Assembly (NCBI GenBank): GCA_043228905.1
Contig: JBHGNT010000022.1
Location: 3,410,001 to 3,474,000, forward strand
Source: Azolla caroliniana
Lineage: Eukaryota > Plantae > Polypodiophyta
DNA length: 64,000 nucleotides
Direction of reading: 5' to 3'
In this document: positions 12,242-25,222 of the stretch, piece after piece
How positions within the stretch are numbered: position 1 is the stretch's first letter
Layout of the letters: the number at the start of each line of letters is the position of its first letter
Translations under genes and position numbers: made by a program
The notes under the pieces: model-generated
Told to the model about the DNA's origin: nothing
Seen by the model: only the letters and a program-made list of their open reading frames with translations
Database searches by the model: none

Positions 12242-14919
12242 GGAAATCGACAAACTGCTAAGAGTTTGCTTTATCCGTCCGGTAAAGAAAGCGACATGGC
12301 TGAGCCCGATCGTAGTCGTACCGAAGAAGAACGGAAAAATTCGAGTTTGTGTGGACTACCGGAAACTCAATGCAGCTACGGTAACGGATGCGTTTCCACT
12401 TCCGTTCACAGATGGAGTGTTGGATGCCGTCGCCGGCCATGAGGTCTATAGCTTCTTAGACGGATTCAGCGGGTATAATCAGATCCGGATGCACCCCGAA
12501 GACCAAGAGAAAACGGCTTTCGTCACCGAATGGGGGGTGTTTGTGGCCGTGGCGATGATGTTCGGACTCAAAACGGCACCGGCAACATTTCAACGAATCA
12601 TCATGGAAATCTTTGGTGTATATTCCGACTTTTATGCAGGTTTTCCTTGACGATTTCGCCGTCTATAGCCGGGAGGAGGACCATTTTCAGCACCTCCGCC
12701 TTTGTCTTGAAAAGTTTAGAGCGTACCGGCTAAGCTTGAATCCGGCAAAGTGTGTATTTGGAGTGTCCAGTGGAACGCTATTAGGACATATTGTGAGCCA
12801 GGAAGGTATTGCAGTCGACCCAGACAAAGTGAAAGCCATATTAGAAGCACCGGCGCCGGCAACGGCAAAGGCATTAAGCCGGTTCTTAGGCCAGATCTGG
12901 TGGCACAGCCAGATGCTCTGATACTTGGCCGACTTGGCTACACCGTTGCATGCCGCCGTACATTGGACACCATTCCAGTGGACCGACACCGAGGATAGGG
13001 CGTATAGGGCCCTCAAGGTACTATTGTCGAAGCAACCGGTAGTGCAGCCTCCGGATTGGAGTAAAGAATTTCACGTGTTCGTGGACGCCTCCGACATCAC
13101 AATCGGAAGCGTACTGATGCAGCTTACGGAACCAAAGTGGTACTGGCCAGTGTACTATGCCAGCCGAAAGCTATCCCAAGCAGAACGGAACTACTCTACC
13201 ACGGAACGGGAAGCTCTAGGGATGATCTACAGTGTGACAAAGTTTCGGCATTATTTATTGGGAAGGAAGTTTTCCTTCCATGTAGATCATTCGGCACTCC
13301 TTTACCTGGTGTCCAAAGTGTCACTCACCGGTAAATTGGCTCGGTGGACCTTATTGTTACAGGAATTCGAGTTTGAAATATTCCATCGACCCGGTATACA
13401 GTATGCCGTGGTGGATTATTTAAGAAGATTAGAGTTCGGAGAGACGGGTGACGGAGTAGTGGATGAGTTTCCGGATGCGAAGCTGTTTCGAGTCACTACG
13501 GAGACGGTAGCAGATGAGATGGTGGCACAGGAAGACAAGTGGCTCACAAATATGCACCAGTTTTTGAGCACAGGACTGCCTCCGGAAGAGATGAACCGGG
13601 ATGAACGGAAACGCCTGGCGGTGCAAAGCCGACATTTCTGCTTACTGCAAGACACACTTTACCACAAGGGCGCGGACGACATATGGAGACGGGCGGTGCG
13701 CAGCGATGAAAAGGAACTGATACTGAGGGAAGCCCACTGCGGAGTTGCCGGAGGTCACTATGCCGGAGATGCGACGGCCAGGAAAATATGGCAAAGTGGC
13801 CTATGGTGGCCAACGACATTAAGAGATGCGGTACGGTACGCAAAAGAATGTGACCTATGCCAGCCAATGGGCCAGCCAACGGAGCAGGCTCGTATGCCAC
13901 ACCAGCCGGTACTACCACTCGAGCCATTCCAGAAGTGGGGGCTGGACTTTGTTGGACCGTTCAAACCACCGGCAATGAGAACGGGTAATCGATACGTCAT
14001 CGTCGCGACGGATTACTGCACGAAATGGGTGGAGGCCAAAGCATTAAGGGACAACACCGTTGCGTCAACGGCGAAATTTCTATACGAGTACATCTGGTGC
14101 CGTTACGGATGCCCAATCGAATTAATAAGCGACCAAGGGGGGCACTTTCTCGGCCAAGTAGTGGAAAGCCTGACGACATTCTATGCCGTTGTCCACAAAC
14201 GGAGCACACCTTACTATCCGCAAGCGAACGGTTCAGTAGAATCAACGAACAAGACGCTCCAGAATATCCTCCGGAAGATCGTCAACGAAAACCGAACGGA
14301 TTGGGATACCAAGCTACATAACGTGCTTTGGGCATACCGGACGGCATACAAGACGAGCATCCGAACAACACCATTCTGGTTAGCGTTCGGACTAGAGGCG
14401 GTAATGCCAGTGGAATTCCAAGTACCCAGCTTACAGATCTAGCTACGGGAACGGCTGAACGAGAAGGAGTCGGAGGCAATATGGTTAACAACGTTGTGTG
14501 AACTCGAGGAACAACGACTGGCAAGCATCCTGCACTTAGAATTGGAACAACGGCGACGGAAAGCATTTGTCGACCGGCACAGGAAAGGAAACGAAAAAAT
14601 GTTCGCAATTGGCAAACCGGTGTTAGTATTTCAGACCCGGATGGGCAAGATGCCGGGTAAACTACAGTTTAGATGGACCGGACCGTATTGGCTAACACGG
14701 GAGTATAATGGGTCCTACCAGTTAGGGACACTTGCCGGCGAAGTGCTAGGCAAATGGGTCAACGGATTCCGATTGAAGCCATATAGAGGACCGATGCCTA
14801 AGAACCCATTTGAGCAAAGAACCGACACCAGTGAGGGAAACGGCAACCACCAAGACGGCAAGCCGGTAACTGGGGAGAATGAGGCCGGTAAGGGTCCAAG
14901 AGGACCAACGGACAAGTAA
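12242..14919 (+). pseudogene. pol (RT, RNase H, integrase) with a few stops and frameshifts
   Basis: Motifs LDGFSGYNQI, VFLDD, VDAS, HHCC zinc finger, WGLDFVGP, YYPQANG and WTGPY. No chromodomain. Confidence 0.92.
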
Positions 14920-14927
14920 CGTCACAC

Positions 14928-14958
<31 letters not shown>

Positions 14959-15294
14959 CGAAGTAATCATGCAAAAGCGAGGAATGAATGAATGAAAGAG
15001 CGAGGAGCGAAAAGGTACGTAGTGGGCATTTAAAGCGCCACCACAGGACATAATGCTATTTTAGTACACGACATGCACACACTCGAAAAAGGCACCAGAA
15101 TGCACAGAGAAAAACCACTACGCGTAGAGACCCTTTACTTTCGCGAACCCAGGAGCACAGAAGCACCAAGACGCTGCAAGATCATCAGACGAGAACCTAC
15201 GCACAGAGAACCCCCGGCTTCTGAACTCTCTCTCTCTCAATCTCACTCTCATCACCATCCAACCTCGCCACCGCAATCCGACCTCGACACAGAC

Positions 15295-18090
15295 ATGGAC
15301 CCGCAAACGCTGTCGGAAGCCGCCAAGACATGGCTAAAGCAACACAGGCTCGAGGGCTTCTTGATGATGATGGAAGTCACAAAGAAGCCGACAAGGTGAT
15401 CAAAGAAATCGACACAGAGGTCATAACAGCAGAGGCGATTCGAGCGTTAACAGGCCTTCCAGAGGGAGGCATACTCACGATTGACAATCCAACCCCGGAG
15501 CAACTCATCAGGTATTTTGGTGAGTACTCTCTAGCCAGCAAGGGCTACCGGACACAGGGCGGCGGAGATATGCTGTTCCGCGAGATTGCTCGTGTGCTCC
15601 ACGAATACGGCCATGTGTACCCTAGACCCCCTGTCATGCCGCAGAACCGGGCAGGGATGATCATCGCCACCTATGAAGGGATCAAGGTGGATTGGCCGGT
15701 ATTGATCGTAGACGGGTTGTGTGCGGCGATCGAGATCGTCAGAGGCAAAGACGGCAAAGAAGGCGAGACGGACGGAGGATATGGCACGCCGTAACGCAGT
15801 GGCTCACCTTGCTTGTGCCACCCGTCCAACCCGTCCAGCCCAAGAAGCGAGGAAGAGTGGCGGACGGCTTCCAAATGACAACAATTGTTGGCCTCTAAGG
15901 ACACTAAGGGGAAGGCGGCGGATGCAGAATAGGCGGGAAAGGAGAGCGGCAGCCGGAAGCGGCCAACGGATGCGCAGGAGGAACCATCGGCACAGCCCGT
16001 AAAGGTTACACTCCGCCGACCGGTGAATAGAGAAGCGGACCCCTTGGCGGCAAAACTCAATGCCGGGACTCAGGAAGAGGAAATAGAGGAGGAGCCTACG
16101 AAGCACCTCCAGCGACAGTCGTCGGCAAGGACCGTTGAGGCAGCCGGGAAACGTTCAGACCCTGAGACGGAGGGAACACCGGCTCCCCAAACTGAGACTC
16201 CCACACCAAGGAAGGAATCGGAACCGGTGTGCATGGCACCAGAATCAGACGCCCCGGCACCACCGGCAACACCAGCAAGTCCCATCCCGCCAGAGCCGAA
16301 AAGGTCAATGCAGCCTCCCTCGGCCAACCAAGAAGAAGCGCAAGGGGAACCAGGACAGCAGGGTGGTCCACGGGCAGAAACGGAACTGCAACTCGGCGCA
16401 ACCAGGCGGGACCACCCATCTACAAGTGAGCCCATCTGTCAAACCTCCGTGCAAGCACAACAATGCACCAGTAGCTTGTGGCTCCGGTGGATAGGCGAAC
16501 AGATAATCAGAGCAGTGGGGTATATTGAGGCGGAAGAAAGAGCACAAAGCGAACGGTTGCTCGTCACAACCGAACAACTAGAGACGGCTCGGTCCAGAAT
16601 CCGGTGCCTAGAAAAAGACTTGGATCAGGTCACGACAGAGATGGCCAAAATGGCCTTAACGGCAACACAGATCCAATCACCGGTACTCTCGTAATTGTAC
16701 AGAATAAAGAAACGGATCGACCTGTACATACCAATAAGACCCCGGCAACAGAAACCGTTCCGGCGAGAGATGCGGCGCAAGCCCAGGAGCTGGCGGAATT
16801 GAGAGATGAACTTGCCGCACAGGAAGCGCTAAGGAGCCGTGAACGGGAATTGAAGACAGTGGCCGAAGCCGAATTAAAGAAGACTGTTGAGAACCTCCGC
16901 CGGGCAGAGGAGAGCCTCCGGAAAGGCCATCAAGCGTACGACCGGCTAAGGGAGGAAAAAGACAAAGTGTTGCAGGAAAAGGATAAGTTGCGGAAGACGG
17001 CGGAAACGGAAATTGAACGGCTAAAGGAAGAGCTCCGCCAGCAGAAGGACCGCTAGGACTAGGCCCGTCGACAGATCAACGCACGACTCAAGCAAAAGAT
17101 AGATGATTTTGAGCACCTGCACCGGGACTACAAACGGCTGGAAACGAAGCATAAGGAACGGATGGCCGAGCTCCAGCAGGAAGTTGATCGGGCCGCGACG
17201 GCGATCGCCGATGAACGTGCGGAAAATATAAGACGCTTGGACGAGGCGGAGAAGGTCCGGATGGAGCTCCAGAGGCAGCAACAGGAAGAAAAAGAGAGAG
17301 CGTCAACAGTATTGCAGAAATTACAAAGCACATATCAAAGGCAATTGACGCATTACAAGGCGCAGGCGGAAGACAACGTCAAAATCATCAAGCAACTGAA
17401 GGAGGAAAGGCAAGCGACGGAAACCAAATCGCAATTTGGAACGAGCTGGATTCAGTCCATCCTCCAGGCATGGCTGAATCAGACAAAACACTTGATTGAT
17501 GAAAGCTCCGTAAGATGGTGGACAAAGTGGCCACAAAACGCGGCGGAACTCCAATTGCTACGGGCAGACGTGGCAAACCGGCGGAAGGAAGGAGATGATT
17601 GTTATACGTTGACTTCCAAGGACTTCACCGCCATACGGGACGAGCTGGCCGACGACTTCCAAGTCCTGGTGGATGAACAGCTGGCGCAGGTCAGGCAGCT
17701 CGTAGCTCAGCTAGACGATGATAGGCTGGACGCTCAAATCCAATTTGAAAGCTACGAGCAGTCCCGGGTTCGGGAAGAAAAAGCACGGGAAGCGGCAACG
17801 GTTAACCTTAGTGATGAGGAACCGTCGCCGGCTGAGGGCCAGCCCGGAACCAGTCAACCGGAGACCACTACAACGAAGGGAGCAACGACGGAGACGCCGG
17901 TGCAGCAGCCATCAACGGACCCGTCGCAGCAGACATCAACAGAGCAGCAACAGTAACAACAACAACAACAACAACCAATTCCAGATGAACCATTGGAGAC
18001 TCTCGAACAAAGCATTCTGGATATTTTGGACGAAGAATAGCAAGGGTTGGTTGTGGATTCGACGTACAAGGTACTGTCCCACGGGCGTGC
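15295..18090 (+). pseudogene. Extra ORF downstream of pol (globular N-terminus, Pro/Glu-rich linker, long coiled coil, poly-Q), disrupted
   Basis: Starts MDPQTLSEAAKTWLKQ and continues through ORF fragments 15330-15794, 16023-16694, 16604-17056 and 17162-17956. Confidence 0.65.
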
Positions 18091-18663
18091 CATGTGTTAC
18101 CGGCCGGCAAAGGAGTCCAGAGTGGGAAACGGAGAGTTATTTAAGTAGTAGGAATGTGGTTGTAATTAAGCTATGAGTGTGGACGGACGGACCGGAATCG
18201 GTATGCCGTTCCGGATCCGGACCAATCCCGAACAGGTGCGGATGGCACCGTTTTGTAATACAGACCGGAAACCTATTTAAAGGCCCGGATACAATGTAAT
18301 GAATAGCGGTTAATTAATAAAAGCTTAGCGTTGTTATCTCTCTATGTTAATTGCCGTTCTGCCTTAATTGTTATATCTTATGCATGTGATTATGAAAGAC
18401 GATCATGCTAAGTAACTTAATTAAGTCGGATTAAGCGTTGAGTCTAATCCGGTTGCCGTAACACCCTTTGGTGAAGTGTCTTCCGTAGACACCCTGTGTT
18501 AGGCCATTGTCCGGCCCTAAGAGTTAACACCTATGAAGGGATGTATGGCATGAATCATTTCTCAACTTTATATTGTGTATAAATAGTGATGTTTGTGTGC
18601 TAACTTGAATGATGGTTTAGAGTTTTTGTAAGAAAGGGTGCTAGGTGCCTCAAATCCAACAAC

Positions 18664-19390
18664 ATGGATGCTGAAAACATCATTACTGAAGACTCGAACA
18701 TGGATACGAACCCCATACATGACGTGGGGCCAGGTGTTGAAGATATCAGTGTAAATGGTCAGTTGATGTACATTCTTATAATCATTATTGAAGTAAGTAT
18801 ATATTGGGTTTTTCTAATGCAAATGTTACACCATTGTTGTAGTGGACCCCATGTCCCTCTTCAAGACGGGAAGAGACTCGACAGGTATCAAATGTCGCAC
18901 ATGTATCATTGGAGATTCATGTAGAAAAGAGGTACGATGGTTTCGCAAAAAAGTTGACATGGAGGCTCACCTACAGAAGGCACATGGCATCCGTGTAGTA
19001 CTGCCTCGGGGGCTAAAGATAGACGAAGAAGAGCAATCGACCTCCATGAGGAGTACATCCACGTCATTCTTCAGCCACTACGAAAGACAATAATCAATAA
19101 AGTGTTTTTTGGATCCGGAGCTAAAGTACAACAGATCACGCCAATCACACATGAGGAAGTTGAGGACAAGAGCGATTAAGATCTTCAAAGCCACTCCGGA
19201 CGCACTTCGAACATCCAAGGAGGCCGATTTCATTGCCCAATTCGCTAGCCAACAAATGGCCAGGTATGACGAGGGAAAGGAGCATAGGATGGCAAAATTG
19301 AAGTTGAAGATTGCGGTTGTGTCTGAAGCTTATGTGAGTAAGGTTTATGATTATGTGTGCATCTTATGTGAGTCTAAATCTAGTGTGTGA
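18664..19390 (+). pseudogene. MULE accessory gene, 5' part, with a Cys/His finger-like motif (probably spliced; disrupted)
   Basis: ORFs 18664-, 18842-19093 (CRTC...HLQKAH) and 19109-19390 are separated by AT-rich intron-like DNA and a stop. Confidence 0.45.
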
Positions 19391-19759
19391 ATGATTATGT
19401 GTGAATCTTATGTATGAATTTTAGTGTAAGAATCATGGAATTCCCATGCCAAAAGATGAGACACATGTCGAGATCGATGGTGGTCAAGACCAACTGTCAG
19501 AATCGACAACCCAACAACCAAGGAGGCCTAAAATCCAAATCTGCAAGAAAAAAGTGGTAAATTGTCGTTCATTACATCGTCTGACATAGATGAGGGTGTG
19601 GACATTGGGATTGTCTTTGTTGGTCTTGGGACAATCACAAAAACATGGGATAACACAACAAGAAATAAGTTCACTAGGTATGCCGTTATGGTGGGGGCAT
19701 GAGATCAATAGTTAACTTCATGTTTTTTTTGTAGTTACTAATTTGGTCTAATAAACAGG

Positions 19760-20487
19760 TTTCAGGTGGCTTGTCGACGATTAGATCTACCGGTCTTTTT
19801 GACGGAGGTAGAACTATGTTCGTTGTGCATTGTAGGGGAGATGGCATCCACATGGATGATGACCCTCTTCCACTTATGGATGGAGTACTCGTTGCCCCCC
19901 GAGATCAACAAGCGGTTTCATATTGTGGATCCACTATAGGTAAAACTAGAAGGCCAAAGTGATAAGGGTGAAGACATACTCACTCGGGTCCCTGAACGGG
20001 AATATGTCTTCATTCGGATATTGCACTCAAGGCATTGGGTGCTTTGGTTGAAGATGCGACAGACTCCTATAGGTCTCGATGCCAAGGTGAGGAGCCATAT
20101 TGTTTTTTGCGATCCACTAAATAATCATCCGACTGCTGGCATGAAGACATTGGGTGATTTGGTTGTACGACATATCTCTAGCGCCACACAGGACCATTGC
20201 ATCATCAACAACGAGCGGTTCTAGATATTGCATATCCCAACCCAACCTAATGGGACGGATTGTGGGTATTACGTGATGCAAACCATTCGAATGTTGGTCG
20301 AGGAGTTCATTCAAGGATTTGAGTCCGATCAATTTGTAAGTATTTATGAGAATTGAATTTGGGCTTAGGTTGATGGCATCTTGTGGTGTAGGGTAAGGAG
20401 CAATGGTTTGGATTCGAAGACGTGCAGCTCCTTCGGAAAATCATGGCAAAATGGGCACGAAGGACTCCGAGCATAGGGTTATTTTAA
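19760..20487 (+). pseudogene. Ulp1-like (peptidase C48, SUMO protease) domain remnant inside the MULE
   Basis: Catalytic-order motifs HWVLW (~20034), FCDPL (~20105) and PTQPNGTDCGYYVM (~20236-20278), with internal stops. Confidence 0.8.
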
Positions 20488-20599
20488 TCACTAGCATGTT
20501 GTACTTTGTAACATCAAACATATGATCTCGATTTACTATCTCATGCGGATTGCCAACTTGATTCAATTTGATGTACATTCTAGTTGTGAGTCTTATTAT

Positions 20600-21038
20600 T
20601 TGAAAGAAGACTACATCCAAGCGTGCACAAGTTAAGTGTGATTCAGATGACCAGCTCTTTGATTATGCAGGTACACTCTTGTGATGTTTAGTTCTTTGAA
20701 CATATATGGCAAATTATATATTATTTATAGAACGAAAAACGGTCATTGTGAACTTCATGACTTCCTGCAAGTTTCTTTCCTGAAGAACCCAACACTAGGC
20801 TACGAACAAGAAATGCTGCAAAGATTATGAAGGTGGATGAAGATAATATCCTAAACATAGGTGGAAATTATAATAATACAATATTGGACAATACCAGGAG
20901 AGCTTGTAAACCACATCGAAGGAGGGACAAGAAACTAACTATTGAAATACAGAGGAGGAATTTGGAGCCTACTGTTGTGATATTGAAGGATGTGCAATGA
21001 GTTTTACCTCAAAACAAGAGTTGAACTTGCATAAACGA
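20600..21038 (+). pseudogene. Captured fragment of a REF6/ELF6-like JmjC demethylase gene (C-terminal region and first C2H2 finger)
   Basis: 20952-21038 encodes EEEFGAYCCDIEGCAMSFTSKQELNLHKR and 20782-20811 encodes EEPNTRLRTR. These resemble the first zinc finger and the upstream PSTRLR motif of REF6/ELF6/JMJ705 proteins as I recall them. A GT-AG intron-like segment lies at 20671-20730. Confidence 0.7.
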
Positions 21039-21532
21039 TCAATAAATCGTTTTTTGGATCCGGAGCTCAAGTACAACAGATCACACCAATCACACATGAG
21101 GAAATTGAGGACAAGAGCGATAAAGATCTTCAAAGCCACTCCAAACACACTTCGAACATGTGGAAAATCATGTTGTACTTTGTAACATCAAACATGCACA
21201 TTGGAAACTTTTTTGTAATATCAAATCAATATTTGAATCTCATTTTGGTTGTATATTTGAATTGTATTTCTCTCCTAGGAATTGTTTTGGGTGTCAAAAG
21301 CATAAAACTAATAGCTTATTGACAAGTAGTCAAGGCAACGGTTTTTGAGAAAGGCCAAGAAAGAGTAAGTATATAGAAAGAGTGTTGTAAACAAAGAATG
21401 TTGTTGTAGAAAGAGTAAGTATATAGAAAGAGTGCTTCGGTCCTTGTTGTAAACAATACAAAAGACATAACAAGACTCAATGTCAATCCTCTTCAAAGAC
21501 ATAACAAGACTCAATGTGAATCTTATTCAAAA

Positions 21533-21668
21533 GGGAGCCCGACTCTGGTAAAAAGGGAGCCCGACTGATCAATGTGGAGCCCGACTCATTCATGTTCATT
21601 AAAAAAGGGAGCCCGACTGATTAATGTGGAGCCCGACTCATTAATAGTCATTAAAAAGGGAGCCCGAC
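21533..21668 (+). repeat. Array of six GGAGCCCGAC motifs upstream of the transposase
   Basis: Copies at ~21534, 21556, 21576, 21608, 21628 and 21659, with 10-21 bp spacers. Confidence 0.9.
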
Positions 21669-21936
21669 ACAGTAATAGGGAAGTGCCCAACTACGTGTAA
21701 TGATGGCGTCTCAATAGTCATATTAACGACTACAGTAAATTAATTCACCAAATTCAGTAGCATACATTAAGAGTCTTCCCATCATTCCCAATTAACCCAT
21801 TCCCTTCCTTAACAGTCTATTAATCACTCGCACTCATATCATTCACTCTCATTCTCGATCGTTAATCTACTCCATTCATGTGAATTATTTGAATTCATTC
21901 ACTTGAATTCTTTTGATTTCATTCACTTGAATTCTT

Positions 21937-24895
21937 TTGATTTCATTCACCTCAATCACTGGCATTCTTGATCATCTTGTATTTGCTATGGAGAGCACAA
22001 TGCATCATGGTGTCTTCGCCATGTCGGAAGATGAATTGGAGGATATGTCATGGTCATCCAATGCATCCGAGGATGAATTGGAGGATCCTTTTGAGTCATT
22101 AGATTCCGATCGTGAGGATGAGGCGGTCGATCCCTTCATGTATTGTTCCCCCAGGTATTTTGCATTTTCAAGAGGTACGTATAATTTGATGATTAAAGAT
22201 TTATTGGGACAAGTTAAGGTAACATTGGAAGCATTACGTGATATCACGAGGGGAGCACCTCTTTCACTTCATGCATGGAGGCGCATGAAGAGTCGTCTCA
22301 TACTCAGGAATGAGAGTGCAATTTACCTTAAAGCATCACCTAATCTTCAAGTCTTATACGTCGAGAAATGGAGGGAAGTAGTATTAGCATCACATGGTGA
22401 CACATCCCATCACATGTTTTCAAAGACTCTTAAAGAGTTAAAACTAGTTTATGCGACTGATGTACGTGATTATGGCATCCCACCGGAGTACGTGAAAGCA
22501 CTCATTACAAGTTGTGGTTGCCAAACAGTATCGAAGGTCGACTCGATAGAAGGTTTGGGATCAAGCATGGCCAAATATAACAAGACCCTACCCATAGAAG
22601 TGATCAAGGTAGAAACCCACCAATTAGATGATGCGCTCACAGATTTGCAAAACAAGTACCACAATGTTTAAGGAAAGGAGTCAAGAAGGGTATGCGTGTG
22701 ACTAGGTATAGTTGCCATCGTGCTAGGACATCTCGACTTGCGTCTAATTCCACTCGACGACGCAGGTGCACACCCCAATGTGGGTGCACATTCCATGTGG
22801 ACGTTAGAATCAATGACGATGTTGACATTGAGACACTTAGCATTTCAATATATGGACCTCATAGTGGTTATGTACCATGTAGTATGTCGGATGTGTACCG
22901 TTTGCCAGTACACCCCAATGTCATAAGTTGTTGCAAAGATGACCTATTTGATGTTGGGTGTGCAAGGCATGTGGCACGAATGAGCATGTGTAAGGAAGCA
23001 TATCATAAGTCCAAGGCCAGACTTCCATTAGAGCTTGTTACCTATCGGTTCTTTATGATACCAAAGGAGGTCCATAACATGGCAAATAGGTTAAAAATCG
23101 GGAGTGCCATGACTAAGGTTGATTGGGCTTTGATGATGCAAGATGCCTATGCACTCCGAGATCTTGGGAAAGTGGCTCATGTTCAACCCTACCTGTCTGG
23201 TGAACCAGGATCTCCCGCCATACAACCATTTATCTTGATACTTCAAGATCAATGGATGTTGGAAATGTGTGAGTGGTTGACCCTAAACAACTCTTGGGCA
23301 ATCGACTCGACATTTAAAACAAACCAATTCGGGCTACCATTATATGCAGCAGTTGCCCCCAATGTCATGGGAATTGGGATCCCATTATGGTACATGCTTT
23401 GTAGTTCTGATAAGGGGTCAAACCATGAGCAAGTGGCATTAGAAACTTGTTTGAGAGTCATATTCGCAAGGATGCCCACGGTGAGGCCAAATGCGATAGT
23501 GATCAATAAATGTTGGACATCATATAATGCCATAATTAATGTGGTTGCAACAGACCGTCAATCTTGGATTGTTGTAAATGGACAACGGTCCCAAACACAT
23601 TGTCGACTTTTGTTGTGTCAGTTTCACGCCAAAAAGTCATGGGTGGACAACTTGTTTCCAAAAGTAAGTGCAAATGAGAGAAGCCATCTTTATCAACGAA
23701 TGTGCCAACTAATGCAATGCATTACTGAATCATCATTCAATGCAATGTGTGAGGAGTTAAAGGTAGAATATGCGGACAAACCCAGTGTTTGGCAATATAT
23801 AGAAGGAGGATGGTGTGGTTTGACATGTGTGTGGAGGAAACTCTGGCCCAAGTTTGGTAGAATGTTCAACTATGGACACGTTGACACTACCAATATTGTG
23901 GAAAGACATTGGCAGTTTATCAAGTATACTACCTTGAGGGGAAGAATAAACCGATCAATTACCGACCTTCTACATGTCTTAATCGGGGACAGTGAAACTG
24001 GCACTTGCATAGGAGGAACAGTAATAGAGTGGTACAAGCAACGACAAGAAATATGTGAGAGTGGTCAGTTTGCACCCCGTGCGAATTGTAGGGATCAAAG
24101 GTCCTGACTTAAAGAAGCGGAGAGAATATTGGAAAGGTATGTCGACAATACTTCCACACAATTGAAATTGTCCACAAGGCCCAATATTGGTTTAGAACCT
24201 TGAGCATGAAGACTCCCACTCTATGGTATAATGTCTCACTCCAATGCTCATATTGTGATTGCCAAGACATTGTGAGTAAATGTAAGCATTTACTCGGTAT
24301 CCGAATGATTATTGAGAGGCATATGCCACATTTATGTGGCTCATTGCCTTTTATAGATCACGCGACCCAAATGCGAATGGACTATAATATAGAAATAGAA
24401 GTAGAGGTAGAGGTAGAGCAAGTAGAGGAGACAAACCCCACAACATCCGAGATTGAATCATTTAAGTCCAAAGTACAAACGGTCGTGAAAGCACTTCAAT
24501 GTCTCGAGCAAGGGTTAGGAACCTTCGACCGTGCAACTATTGTCGAAGGTATACAAACATTGGAAGATGTGGCTGAGAAGGTGTATCGCGTTGGTGCACC
24601 AAAATCAAACAATGAAGAAGATGGTAGATCAATAAGTCGCAACCAACAAATCAGTGCCAAAAGAAGTGAAACAATAGACATCTCGCAAGAACTTATTGGC
24701 AGCTCCCCAAACACTTCCAAATCCCACTCCGGAAAACTACAAAGAGATGTTAGTCGGGCTAGGAGGAGATTGCCATTGGTTGACCATGAGAAGGTTCGGT
24801 GTTTGCGTTGCGATGGCTTGACCTTGACTTCAAGGGACTCAAATGTTACATGTTGTAAAAATTGTGGTTGCATATTGCAATCATCCCGACATTAG
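21937..24895 (+). pseudogene. MULE (Mutator) DDE transposase with SWIM finger and C-terminal Cys cluster; 1 frameshift, 1 stop
   Basis: Motifs AIDSTFKTNQFGLPL (D1), IVINK (D2 position reads N), CQFH, TTNIVE (E), SWIM CDC...CKH and terminal CLRC..CKNC. ORFs 21937-22671, 22692-24107 and 24200-24895. Confidence 0.9.
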
Positions 24896-25088
24896 CCATA
24901 ATCTTAATATGTAACGTGTATATTCATATTTCATTTTAGGGTTGTCAACATTTGACATTTTAATATTTTATGTAAGACTTGTTATTTGAATCTTTAGGTT
25001 TTTTTGAGAAATTTTATGATAAGTTTCCTGGCAAATATTTGTTGTACAATTACAATTTTGTGGAGTTTTTGATGTTTGTTGCTACAGA

Positions 25089-25222
25089 GTCGGGCTCCTT
25101 CTTACTAATGTGGTATGACATCGGGGCTCCTTCTGACAGAGTCAGGCTCCCTCTTGCAGAGGCTATCTGACAGCGGGGCTCCTTTTGACAGAGTCGGGCT
25201 CCCTTTCGCAGAGTTGGGCTCC
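25089..25222 (-). repeat. Subterminal array of about six GGAGCCCGAC-like motifs (reverse orientation)
   Basis: GTCGGGCTCC variants at ~25089, 25121, 25141, 25173, 25193 and 25213. Confidence 0.85.

Larger units (their letters stand above)
12222..18529 (+). mobile_element. Internally deleted Athila-like (non-chromovirus) Ty3/gypsy retrotransposon nested in the MULE
   Basis: Perfect TSD CCTAT (12217-12221 and 18530-18534), TGTTA...TAACA termini, RT-RNase H-integrase at 12242-14919, and a putative 3' LTR at 18095-18529. gag, protease and almost all of the 5' LTR are missing. Confidence 0.88.

Noticed and set aside
13137-18110. Numerous antisense and alternate-frame ORFs over the retroelement
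   Set aside because: Expected shadows of GC-rich coding sequence, with no independent motifs.
21533-21668. Repeat-spacer pattern resembling a CRISPR array
   Set aside because: Repeats are only ~10 bp, spacers are short and partly duplicated, the context is eukaryotic and no cas genes are present.
22692-24107. Transposase as an active or domesticated (FAR1/MUSTANG-like) gene
   Set aside because: It has a frameshift at ~22670, a stop at 24105 and Asn at the second catalytic Asp position, and it lies within TIRs.
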